In this document: piece by piece, positions 38,101 through 51,097 of the stretch
How positions within the stretch are numbered: the stretch's first letter is position 1
How the letters are laid out: each line of letters opens with the position of its first letter
Source of the DNA: Trichoplax adhaerens
Taxonomy: Eukaryota; Animalia; Placozoa
Length of the DNA: 64,000 bases
Assembly: GCF_000150275.1 (NCBI RefSeq)
Contig: NW_002060947.1
Location: 5,615,086 to 5,679,085 of the forward strand
Reading direction: 5' to 3'
Made by a program: the position numbers and the translations under genes
Notes under the pieces: generated by a model
Told to the model about the DNA's origin: nothing
Seen by the model: the letters and a program-made list of their open reading frames with translations, nothing else
The model's database searches: none

Positions 38101-38858
38101 TTCCCATCATCAATCCGTAGGTATACGAATAGAATAGCATACCTATCCCATGCTAAAACACTCTTTCCATTATTTCTGTAAAACATAAAGGCATCGATGT
38201 CTTTATTCTAGACTCTAATTATTCAATTGCTGCATTTCCGATGATCAAAATATCCTTAACATAGCATTTATAACGTACAGTTAAGATGGTAATTTCCCAT
38301 TTCTCTACTATTTCATGATCGAATAACTGTATGTATTCCTCGACTCGCTTTGTCTCTGGAATTACCAAAATAAGGATAAAGAGTCTTCATCCAAAAGACA
38401 ATCAAGAGAACATCATCGTTTGACTATCTTCCTACCTGCGCCATTCGATCTCTCTCGTAGCCTTAATATAGCTTGAAAAATAAATGATCTTAACTAAATA
38501 AATACCCAAGGTGTTGTTCCATTCCTGCCGACTGAATAGGATATATAAAATTAGCACTCAATTTGATCATTTATTGAGTAAGACGTTGGAAGGTAGTGGA
38601 GTAACCAGTAGATTTCCCATCAAGGACATTAACAATAGCCAAGAAGCGCAATAATTTAAATTTTCAAACAATACTAACCTAGGTAGGCAAAGGGTATATG
38701 GCGGAATCAAAAAAGGAATAAGAAGAATAATAGGAATCAATCCAATCGATGGCTCTTTGTCCTTTAGCAGTATTTTGTTATTGATCAACGGCAACAAACA
38801 AAGTAAACAAACCATTTCCTACAAGGCCTCAATCCATTTTGAATATTAACGGTATTGA

Positions 38859-41800
38859 ATGGAAAACCAGCAAATCGCCAGACTGAGAGGGATGAAAAAA
38901 GAGTCCTCCGCCAACTTGCTGTCGACCCATTTCTTGTCGGAAAAAATGGCCGATATGCCTAGCAATAATATCATGGATAAATATATCAATCTACCAACAT
39001 TTATCTGTAAAAAAAATGAACAACATGGCGTTAAAGGAGACTACTTTAAATGTCGTATTAAAGCCAAATTGCATCAGGATAACGAAGACTATTTTCAACT
39101 CTCTAATGATAAAGGCGACATTTTACTCATTAAAGCCGCCGTCGTCATGCAATATTTAACGGATGGTGGTTGGCGAAATAATCTCATCGACGAAATTGGC
39201 CCAGGTAAGTAGAACAGCTATTAAATTCTTCACTTTTAGCCATTTGATGGCCATTTTTCCTGATGTAAATGATTTTCATGCTGATTCTTGCACATGAATC
39301 TCTACTTTCGTTTTGTTGGAATATCATCATCAACAAATTGAAATCGACGTCCATTATCGTTTCCATGAGCAATTACGATGTTGACTTGGATTTTGTTATC
39401 CAATAAAACTGATCATTTATGATTGATTTCTCATGGAGTTTACTTTAGAGGAGTAGACTAAATAGGATATGATCGTCTACCTTTCATTTTATTTAAAGCG
39501 AATTAATTATCTGCAATGGCAGTATCGATCTAAATATATTCATCCTGTCCGTGGATAATGACGAGATTCGTTACAATTCATTCTCTAAATGGAAATTCCA
39601 CTTTTTTTTATCTATTTCCAGTATATTGATTCCTTGTTATCGTAATTGTAAAGATAATTCTTAGCCACGACATCATCTTCACCAATAAATTTCATTTTTA
39701 TCATACCGTTATAACTAGTGGAAATTCATATAAACCATCCTATTCATATAGGATTGCGTTATCCGCTTCCATGTTTATTCTCCAAAAGTACTTCCATTTT
39801 ATTATTCGTTTCTAGTTAATTGATTTCTTGTTTGTAGTAACTCTAAGGTGGACCCTTAAAGAAGACATTTTCTTGTCCATTAATTTTATTTTAACGTGAT
39901 TATCGAGTGGTTTAAATCCATGGCCTACTTGATGAGTGATGACGATATCTGCTTCCAAATTAGTTTCAAAATGAAATTTTTGCGTTGATTGATTTTACCC
40001 ATTCTAGATGATTGATTTCTTGTTTGTGGTAGCTCTAAAGTACATTCTTGAAAATGATATGGCGTTGTACATTAATTAAATCTTAATATGATTATCAAGT
40101 AGTTTAAATTGATATCCACCATCATGTTAATGAGTGATGGCGATATTCACTTACAATCTTTTCTCGAAACAGTAAGTCTATTTTGGCTTTATCTATTCCA
40201 GTGGATTGATTCCTTATTGTGGTAACTTCAAAGCAGATTCTTGGACATGACATGATCTTCTACACTAATTTCATCTTAACGTAATAATCGAGTAGTTTTA
40301 ATTGTATCTTAGTCGTCATGTCAATGGATGATGGCAATGTTCGCTTACAATTTATTCTCGGTAACGGTAGGAACCCCATTTATCTATATTCTGAGGATTA
40401 ATTCCTTTTTGTAGTAAGTCTAAAGTAAGTTTTCGGATACTACATGATCTTCTACACCCATTTCATTTGAATGTAAATATCAAGTAGTTTAAATCTAGAT
40501 CAATCATCATTATTTCAATGAATGATGGCAATATTCGCCTACAGCTTATTCTCAACAACTGTAAGAATTTTTTCTGTCTACTTTAAGAGGATTAATTCCT
40601 TATTGTAGCAACTTTAACGTCGATTCTTGGACACAGCATCTTTTACACTCATTTCATTAGAACGTGATTATCAAGTAGTTTAAGTCTATATCAATCATTA
40701 TGTCAATTCATAATGATAATATCGCCTATAATTTGTTCTCAGTAACAGTAGGAATCCGTTTTATCTATTTCCAGTGGATTAATTCCTTGTTGTACCAACT
40801 CTAACGTAGATTCTCAGAAACGCCATAATCTATACTAATTAAATTTTAGCACGATTATCAAGTAATTGAAATAGACATCAATCATTAATGCATGATAGTA
40901 ATATTTGCCTAAAATTTATTCTCAATAACTGTAGTTATTCTGCTGTATTCTGTTCGTGGAGATTTAATTTCTTGCTATGATAACTCTAAAGTAGACTTTT
41001 TATGCACAACGTCAGCTTGTATAATTTAGTTTACTTTGACGTGATTGTAAGCCAGTCTAAAATCTATATACCAGTAAATCACCATGTTGATGACGATATT
41101 CGCTTTTAATTTATTCTCAATATAGAATTTCTGCTTTATCCATTTCTAGTAGATTTATGCTCGGTTGTTCTAGCTGTAACATGGGACACAATATTAACTT
41201 CTGTAATTGAATTCATATGAGACACGATTGCTCACTAGTCTAAATAAACATCAACTTGTCCATGGATGACTATAATATTCCCTTTTATTTTATCCCCATA
41301 TTTATAATCTAGTTCTAGTCGATTGATTCCTTGCTATCATCATTTTAAAGTAGTCTATCTTAGTAGAAACGACATTATCCTCTACATAAACAGCATTGTA
41401 ATGTCATTATCATCGAATTAAAATCATCTAATGTCATCATATCGATGAGCGATTGCGATATTTGCTTACATTCTATTCGCAGTAGTAATTCCTTTTGCGT
41501 GATCCATTTATAGTAGATGGATTCTTTGTTGGTATAACTTTTATTTAGACTATTGAGACGATATTGGTCTTTACCATCATTCTATTTAACGTGATTAACA
41601 ACCCATTGAAATCCATCTAACATCATCGAATGATATTCGTGTTCATGATCGTTGATGATATTAGCTCAGATTTGATACTTAAGTAATCATAACTTGGTCT
41701 AATTTTATCCAATTTCTAATCGATAAACTCCTTATTGCCTTACTTCTAACATAAATTATTAAAAATTATGTTAGCTTCTACCATCATTCTATTTTAAAGC

Positions 41801-43758
41801 AATCAACAAATATTTGAAATCCAAATATATCATCATCATATCGATGATCGATCATGATATTAGCTCACATCTTATTCTCAATACATTACGGTTTGGTTTT
41901 TAATTTACTCATTACTAGTTGATGGATTTCTAGCTGTTATAACTCGAACTTCCTTTATTGGACACGATATTAGTCTCTCCCTTCAGTATTTTTTAGCATG
42001 ATTATGAGCTATTTGAGATGCCTATATAACTCGTCGTATCCATGATCGATCACAATATTGGCTCCCATCTTATTCTCAAATAATAATAATTTTGCTTATT
42101 ATATTATCTATTTCTAATAGATGGATTCATTATCGTTCTAACTCCAATACAGATTATCGAATACAATATTACACTCCACTATCATCCTTGCCTATTTCAA
42201 AATGATGAAAAACCAACTTTAACCCATATATAACATCGTTTTACCCACAACCGGTTACAATATTGACTCCCATTTCATTCTCAAACAGCAATTTTATTTT
42301 GATTACCTAATTTTACGATGGTTGGTTGACTTCTTGTCGTGATAACTCTTAAATGAATACCATCGGACGAGATAGTATCGTCTACTGTCACTTTATTTTA
42401 ACCTAATGATTAACAAACTTAAATGCTTCAAAACATTACATCCATGTGTGTTTATGATATTGCTTTATATTTCCTTCTCAAATAACAGTTCTGCTTTTAT
42501 TGTCCATTTCTAGTCCATTAATTCCCTATCGTGATAATTCGTCCGTAGTCGATCTTGGATAAAACTTAAGCCTACATATTAATTTTATTTTAGCATTATT
42601 AATAATTGGGTTAAATCCTATACTAGTACAATAGATCATTCTATCAATGGGTAATTGGGCTATTTACTAGATTTTCACATTTAAAATACCGGCAATATTC
42701 TGAGTTTTATCCGGTCCTCCTGAAATAAGAAAAGATTTTTCGCATAGAAATGACTGCAAAGTAGATTTGAGGACTCCTAGTGATATGAATTCCTAATTAG
42801 AACCATTCTAAAGTACGCGAAATGTAATGAATTCTTGTATTAAATTGTCATGTAACAACATTTATATAAAGAATTGTAGCTTTATAAAAATCTACCAATA
42901 TCATGGAATCAACGGTAGTCACCATTTCCGCTTGACTTTCATTCTCAAATTTCAATTTTTTCATTACCTTCCTACTCTATCCATGATTTAAAATCTATAG
43001 GAAATAAGTTTAATTACCTTATTAGATTTGAAATAGCATTTATCCAATATGACTACGTAAAATAACGTTTTGTATTTACACCCACTTTTATTTTTAGCGT
43101 GATTATACACTAGTTTAAATCTGTACAAGTGATCGTTTCAATAAATGATCAGGATATCGGTTTTGTTTTCCAGTTTTATTACCATTTCAGCACTTGTTAG
43201 CTACTTATTATATCACTTACTGCACCTTAACATTATCATTTAAAGGAGATTCTCAAAATATTCATCGTCATTATTGATTAATACTATTGATCAATTATCA
43301 TTTCTGATTTAGATTGCCTTATCACTAGTCCTATTGGCAGTACAGAAGGCATGGAATTTGCTCATATTGGTAGCGCAGTTAATCCAATTCGCTATGTGAC
43401 ATTTGGCTTCTCATTTACCCTCGGCGATATGTGCTATGTCCAAATTCAATTTCAAGACAAAACTGTCAAAAGCAGCGGCACCAAAACACCATGCGATCGA
43501 ATTAAATCCATCAAATTAACGCCTAATGAAAAGATTACAAGTGCTTATATCCAGATCAGTCAGGAGCACAATCCTTGCTATCATTTAGTCCAAGGAATTA
43601 GGATTGAAACATCGCTAGGCCAGCAATTATCCTTTGGTAAAATTGAAAATAAACAAACTAAACATTGGCTTGATATTGGTAGTGGTTTATTAGTGGGGGT
43701 TATTGGCCGCTATTCATTTTATATCCATTCTTTAGGGCTCATCTTCACCAAGCCTTAA
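38859..43758 (+). CDS. Two-exon gene (~263 aa): uncharacterised, possibly SH3-like N-terminus plus C-terminal jacalin-like (beta-prism I) lectin domain
   Basis: Exon 38859-39204 (G|GTAAGT) joins exon 43313-43758 in phase 1. The C-terminal ITSPIGSTEGMEF...IKLTPNEKITS...VQGIRIETSLGQQLSFG...LLVGVIGRYSFYIHSLGLIF follows the jacalin pattern. The start could instead be ATG 38946. Confidence 0.75.
39560..43200. repeat. ~190-200 bp degenerate tandem array, ~18 copies, filling the jacalin-gene intron
   Basis: A tatc.atttc.agt.gatt.attcctt.tt-like anchor at ~39609, 39808, 39997, 40190, 40381, 40575, 40762, 40950, 41137, 41305, 41501, 41706, 41906, 42106, 42305 and 42501. Confidence 0.9.
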
Positions 43759-43789
43759 GATAATGTCTTATTAGCTTCATAATCTAAGC

Positions 43790-44820
43790 TGTAATCAAAT
43801 CATCATTTCTTCTCTATGCCAATAGTAGCTCTAAAGAGATACTATGAAGTCACGACGAACAGGATTGCAATGCTTTTTCAATATTTCTGCAATTTAATAT
43901 CAAGATCATCATTTCCCATCGATATCAACGAATCTCTAATTGAGCTGCTTGGATTAAGCCATGATTTTCCTCAAAATATACTATCAAGCCACAATTAATA
44001 GGATCGTCATCAGCATTTCTATAATTTTAATGTCATTTCTTATCAGTGTCTACGAACGTCTAATTTAGCTACACGGATAAAATGACACCATCTAGTTACG
44101 GTAAATATAATCATTTTTGGACATTTCTAAAACCTAATATCAAGATCATCATTTCCTATGGATATCAATAAATTTCGAGCTACTTGAATCAAGCAATGAC
44201 AGTAGTTTAAATATTAACATCCAAGTCATGCTTGATATGATCATTACAACATTTCTATAACTTAATATCAAGATCATCATTTCATATCGACATTAAGAAA
44301 TGTCTAATTTAATTTTAATGTCTACATGGATCAAGTTATAGTTGTTATTTCGGTCAATATGATCATTTCAGAAAAATAACATCGAGATGATCGTTTTTCA
44401 TCAATATTAACGAATCCAATTAAGCTGCATGGATCAAGCGACGATAGTTCTGAAAACATACCATCTAGTCATGATTAATATGATCATTTATCAACATTTC
44501 TACGATATATATCAAGATCATCATTTACCATTGATATCGATGAATCTCTAAGTTTAGCTACGTGGATCAAGGTATGATTTGTTATCAAATCATAGGTAGC
44601 TTTGACCCATTTTTTCGACATTTTTACAATCTTATAATTAGATCATCGTTTCTTATCGATATCAACGCCTCTAATTTAGCGATATCGATCAAACAATGAT
44701 ATTCCTTAAGCTATTCATGTAGCGATATACATGATCAAGATTTTAGTATTTTGACATTTGATAAACGAAAATATCAAGAACTCCCAATCGGCGTATAATT
44801 ACACTCGTAGATCAAGCCAT
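43790..44820. repeat. ~125-bp degenerate tandem array, ~8 copies, between convergent gene ends
   Basis: An atatcaagatcatcattt..atcgatatcaacgaatc-like anchor at ~43897, 44137, 44265, 44378, 44509, 44635 and 44771. Confidence 0.88.
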
Positions 44821-44954
44821 GGCCTCAGTGGGTACTAATTTCTTATCCTTCTCATCAGGGTTGTGGTGTGTTTAATATTGGTATTTTCCTTGTTAAATGA
44901 AAGCAAATTAGCTATCCAAGGGAGTACTAAAACCTGGCCCATTTGTACTACCCA

Positions 44955-47900
44955 TTATAGCGTTTTCCAATAAGAAGAAGGTGTATCTAAATCTTGGCCA
45001 ATGATCGATTTTAAGTTGATATCCTTGAAAAACTCCAAACGATGACTAACAAAATAGGTAAAATTAGTCACGTTGATTTTAAAGCCAGTCATAGCAGTTT
45101 GTCTATATTTGTAGATCTACTTACAAATCAGGTTCTTTGCACTGGCTTTTATTAGCTGGATAAGCTGCCTCATATTGGGTGCTATCGCCAGAGCCATGAA
45201 TGGCATAAGCATTGGCCTTATAAACACCTGGTGGTAGATATTCAAGTGGTATCCAAGCGCGACCTTTCCACTTACTATCATCTACTTTTGCCTTAAATTC
45301 AATTTCGAGGCCATCCTAAAAATGTAGCACCATCAAATTTTGAGATCAATACTACACTAGTTTATTAGTAGTAGCCATTGAAATTATAAAGTTATTGGAT
45401 CTGTAATGGAGCAATTGAATAATTCTATTTGAAGAGATCTTGTTATAAAAGTAGCTAACGTAAGTGAAATTCTACCTTAGGAATTAATTTACCTTGAAAG
45501 GCTTTCTGTAGTCGGAGAGCATTAAAAGTAGATATTGCCCATGACTAGAAGGAAAGGAATTTATTTACCGTGATTAACAGTGATTACCATCATCCATATA
45601 TAAGTAATTTTACCTATTTTCAATCTTAGTAACGAGGAATAATCGCATCGTATAACAGTGGAAAATGTGGAACAAGTTATTAGTTAATCTAAATATTTCT
45701 ATTCACTAAACTAATGTGTATTATATTATAGCTTGGAAAGGATAAATTGAATGCTCATATATTGATCTGTAAATTTGTATAGCTTGTATTTATACGTATA
45801 TAAATTACATTGAGAAATTTATAGTCGAATCTCATGTAGGGGGCTAATTGAATGCCTCTCGATCTATAATTTTATTGAACTTGTATTTATTAACCAAAAT
45901 AGTTCCAATCTATGATTCCTGCAACACTAATGCTTATGCTTGGACTATACATTTATCTATCTTCAGTCCTGCAAAAAAACATTAACTTGTATAACCTATA
46001 CATATATCTCTTAATAAAACTTACGGACAAAGCTCTACTTCCAGGTAATGGTTATTCTTTCCCAAGAAGAAAATTTCTACCACTAAAAAATGGTTTGTTA
46101 AAAAAATAGATTTCAAATACTTCGATATCAATTTAGCTTGTTAATAGAATACATTTTAATCCGATATTATTTTAGATTACTTTACTGGGAAGACTATGTC
46201 GACTCTATTTTGATCTAATTTACAAATAACGATGAGATAACAAGACCAATTAGATTTATATTTTGGTCTAATTTACCAGTAATGATGATACAACAAGATT
46301 GATTAGACTTATTTTTTATAAGGGATTATTATAGCACAATCATAATCATAGAATGGCCTGATCATTACTTAACTGAATTTGTGACAATGATCGCTTAATT
46401 ATTGCATCAAGTTCGAGGGGAGGATAAATCATTGAAATATCTCGTATAAACGTAAATTTATCTGCTAAGTTGAATAGTCTATTGCAATCATGCTAGTTCT
46501 AATCATGATTCAGAATTCCGGTTCATCACCGAGTAAATATAATAGTGCAATTTAATCATCTTAGTTCTATCATAATCCAAAATTTCTGATCATTGCCATG
46601 TGAACATAAAAGTATTACATGATTGCTTATGCTAGGTTATATCCTCATACACTTTGCGATGGCAGAAATAGCAAAGAATTTTCGATTGATCTGTGTTTAG
46701 GGGTTTGTATCCTAGCGGATAGCCAAAGATATTGGTGTAATATTTTTAAAACGTGTTGCATAAGTATCATAATTTCTTAAGGCAAGGAAAGTAAAAAGGT
46801 TTCAGGAGAAAATACTTAAATTTTCTGTCATAATCGATGATAACAGACGCAAAATTGCATGATTGTTACGATGATCAGCGTCAGAAATAATCCAATGATG
46901 GCATTCTAATTATGTCGTATAGCGTAATCAATAGTATCTTATAAGTGGCAATATTATCAACACAATCTGATTGATTTTTGATCAGGAATGAAAATAAACC
47001 AAGGATGAAACTATGAAATTATGATGATAATGATAAAGAGCATCATGCAATGTTATATCAATGCAGTTTAATTGAATCTAATCATGAAGATGGCAAGTAA
47101 TACTAGAGCAAATTGCAACTATTTTAGAATCTGTAAATCCTCCTATGTAATAGTGGTAAATGTACTTTACCTCAGTCTATGTTTTAGGATTAAAAATAAA
47201 CCGATGATGAAATTGTCATGACAAAGATAAAGAGCATCATGCTAGGTTATCAAAACAGTCTAACTACGTCTAATCATCAAGATGGTATACAACACTGATG
47301 CCGACTGCAAATGTTATGGAATCTGTAAACCCTCCTATATACATACTCGTGGTAGAAAGTACTTTACCTCAGTTAGTGTTTTAGTCGTGGAATGGAATTT
47401 GAATTAGAAGCTAAAGGACTCAAGTTAAGAATTTTATTATACCTAAGTTGCTGTATATAGTAAGCTGCAATTACTGTCATACTCGATGATAATAGAGGTA
47501 ATCTCAGTAATATTCTTCACAACATAGAGCATGATTACTAGATAATCAGCAGTAAATTTGATGGTAAATGATGATCGCAATAGATGTTGACAAATAACAG
47601 TATACAATCTGCAATATTATTTGCACAGCCTAACAGCATCTAATAATTGCAATGCGAAAGATAACGTGCAAAATTACAAATATTATCGTCCACATTAACT
47701 AGGTGATTACATCTCTATTTATTTCCACCTTATTATGCATCCTTTTGGACAATGTTGTCATGCTAGATAGCTACTTACTGTTCATCAATTCTACGTTAAG
47801 TATGTAAATTAATAATTAGTTGTGCTCTAAGTTGCAAACCTTCATATGTCCAAAGATTCGGGCATGATTTACCAGGAGGGCAATTTGGTGAAGGTGGATC

Positions 47901-48035
47901 ATTGTAAAATGGTGATACGACATCGATGACTAGATAATGGCGTTCATTTTGAAGTTGATAATTTAAATCAATCTTTGCTCCTTCATTTTGTAGTGGTTGT
48001 CCACACCAATCTGTCTTAATCTCTATCCTGACCAT
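44955..48035 (-). CDS. C4orf33: UPF0462 protein C4orf33 homolog (5 exons)
   Basis: Exons 48035-47840, 46082-46025, 45544-45493, 45315-45125 and 45045-44955 splice in phase: SPFYNDPPSP...NLWTYEVVEIFFLG...YLEVELCPHGQYLLLML...WKGRAWIPLEYLPPGV..NAYAIHGSG...YEAAYP...PDFHRLEFFK, matching the family. Confidence 0.95.
45710..47385. repeat. Several short intronic tandem duplications in C4orf33
   Basis: Two copies of ~105 bp at 45710-45900; two to three copies of ~53 bp at 46170-46320; two copies of ~184 bp at 46990-47385 (aaaataaacc...aaagagcatcatgc...aatctgtaaa.cctccta...gtactttacctcagt). Confidence 0.8.
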
Positions 48036-49716
48036 GTTGATAATTTTACACTGGAAGCGATAGCATACAGTTTGAAATGTTACAATTATAAATGGAAGGA
48101 CAGCGTAGGCCTTGTAACGATGAAAGATGCTCCAATTGCTCTATACTTCTGATAGGATGCTCTAGAAAATGATAATTTGAAGTAATATTCAGTTTAATAT
48201 GCAATGTAATGATTTTAGACTCTATCCTAGGTGAGCTGTCATGTTAGAATGATATCCGGTGCGATAATTATAATTGTTAGAGAACAATTTAATTAATACT
48301 TATAAAGATTCTATTACAAGACTTTACAAATAGTACCATAGTCATCTCAATTCTATACCATATACAGCTCAAGGCATGATGATTCTAGACACCCTGCAAC
48401 TAGTGAATGTATTGTAAGTAAGGAATTAATTATAGGACTAGTAGGAAAGAGCACTGCGTAAACTCTGTACGAGAATGTAACATAAATTTGAGATATTATA
48501 CTACAACATAGCTCGTCAAAAAACAGGAAATGTATAGCTAACTCTAGATCAAGGGACCATTTAAGTAGGATGATGATGAACAAATTTTATCTGTCATATT
48601 CGATTCAGAGACTATACATAGAGTTTTTCTATATTACTGAGACTAGAGAAGCATGTCGGAAAGGGAAAAAGGTACAGAATAAAGATCGTAGATATAATAT
48701 TAAGCTACTGCATGATATACTATGTCGGTAATACATTAGTAATAAAATGAATAAATTCATACTAGGTCTATTTTAAAGATGAAACGATAAACAAACCCTA
48801 CATGCAAGATTGACTTTAGGCCCTATACCGGCGATGGCTTAGAATATCATGGCATAAAACGTCTATATATCAAACACCATCAAAAATAATAGACAAACTC
48901 GATTTGCAAGATTGATCACTGACGTAACACTGGTTCTAGGCTAGAATATCCTAACGAATAAACTGTACATGCAATATCTAATTTTAGACACCATCTTACT
49001 GCCTACTTACAGTCTTATACTATCGGCAATGAATAAATTTATGACAAGACTATAATAGCTTATGAGGCTGATGATAGCTATTGGCGATATGGATTTCAGA
49101 CAGTATACTAGGATGCAGACTGAAATATCGTATTAAATAGGAAATAGGTTTTGAGTAAATTGTGCTTGATATTAAGTATATTAAAACCTGGCAATGTTAT
49201 AGAGACTAGCACAATGGCATGTTATGGTTACGCCCTTATTTCTAGACACTAGAAATTGATACTAGTAACTGCTATTAAAAGTCGCAAACATAGCAATTAG
49301 CTATAAATAATCACTAAGCGGTTAGCGAATCTTCTCATTTCTATCATTAAGTTGGAGTTCCTACTGGGTCATCAAGATATTTTTAATAGTATAGCGTAAT
49401 ATGATTTTGTTCTCCATACCATCGGCTATTGAATGCGATAATTATAATTATTGGATCAGTAGACGTTTCAATTCCGATCAAAATCGAGTATAGTTGTAGC
49501 ATTGCCTGGATATAGAGTGGATAATCGATAAAGAAGAAATACCGTAACATTCCTTCTACTAAGAAAGATTAAAATAGCTAATCGAAATCGATCCTATCTA
49601 CTATGATTGTTTTAACTGTCAAGATGTTACAATATTAATCATTGACATTATTTACAACTGGATCTTCAAGTAATAACATTCATCTATTAATCGAACTATT
49701 AGCCATCTGCTAGAAC

Positions 49717-51097
49717 ATGCAAGCCAATCATTCCAATTGCATCGCCATATTATTTAATCAAGCTACAAGTGAACCTGTATGCATGTTACTATGGTAAGCA
49801 ATAATTTATACAAAATAGTCATCTTGAATCGTTGAGGGAAATATCGGTAAGTTAGTTGGCCTAATGATAGTTATGAACTGCAGAATAAATACTCTATATT
49901 CACCAATGCAATTTGGCTGGTAGAACTGCACTAGAAAAGATGATAGTGTAGCAGTTATCGCTTTCTATGAGTTATATTAATACTCTTATAAATCCAAATT
50001 TATCCTCCATTATTTCCAGGTCTATTGCTAATGGCAATACTCAAGTGTTATCCAATGATACCAAGGTTAAAGAGATTTGTAACTACAAAATATACCGTCG
50101 AAATAAATAAAAGCAAATCCTCACTAACTATTTAACCATAATAGATTTTAGTATCCTTCTTAATTCTGCTAAAGAGTATAACCTTAAACAATTACTATAA
50201 CGTTTTCAATTTACAGTTTAACTTTTACTTAAATGATCGTCGAGAGGTTAGCCAAGCATTACACCAAATTCGACTTGATCTTATGGAAAGCTGCCCTGCT
50301 GCTGTGCAAAGTAAGAAACGATTCACGATAAGCAATACAGAACAAATTTTATTTATACGTGAAAGTCCTTCAAACATATTTTCTTCCATAGAAATGAATA
50401 ATTTTACCTGCCGTTTATCGATTTCTTACTATTCTACTATTTAGTACCCTTTGAAATCCTTTTCGTAGCAAAGGAATCCTAATTTCTACCTGTCACTTTA
50501 TTATTATCCTACTAACTGCAATACAGATAACTTCTTAACATCGTTAGCATTATAAAAATTGAACTCTTTTTATACAACTAGATGTCTATGTTGTACACCA
50601 TGTAACTCATGAATTTGCAAGGTAAGAGTATTAAAGTACTCACTGCTAGTATTAACCTACTTAAATCACCAGCTAAAGTCAGAACTATTTTTGTATTAAC
50701 GACATCAAATTCGAAATGGGATTCTCTAACCCTTGCAACAAATTCTGCTTCTAACTGTTTCCAGATCTATGGACTTAATCATCAACGTAAGTTTAAAGTC
50801 AATTTTTCTTATGATAGACTTTACTATGCATAGCATTACGCTGCTTATATCGATGAGTGTTTAATCCGTTTCAAATCGAATCAAATGTAGTTTTATGAAT
50901 CTCTCTCATTAATGAAGCGCTACATAAGCTATATCCTTTCACAGAAAATTGCTAAAATACTTTATTGCGAAATAGATCTGATTATGTTCTACGTGCAATC
51001 TGAACTTTTGATTAGGTTTAGCTTAACGGATTTGTATGCTAAAGCTGCTAAATCGATAATATTTTATTTACAAATCAAGATTTCGTATAATAATTAG
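49717..51097 (+). CDS. Candidate unannotated six-exon gene of unknown function
   Basis: Exons 49717-49793, 50020-50065, 50217-50310, 50582-50621, 50765-50786 and 50945-(51097) are all GT-AG bounded, open and phase-compatible. Both ends are uncertain. Confidence 0.5.
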
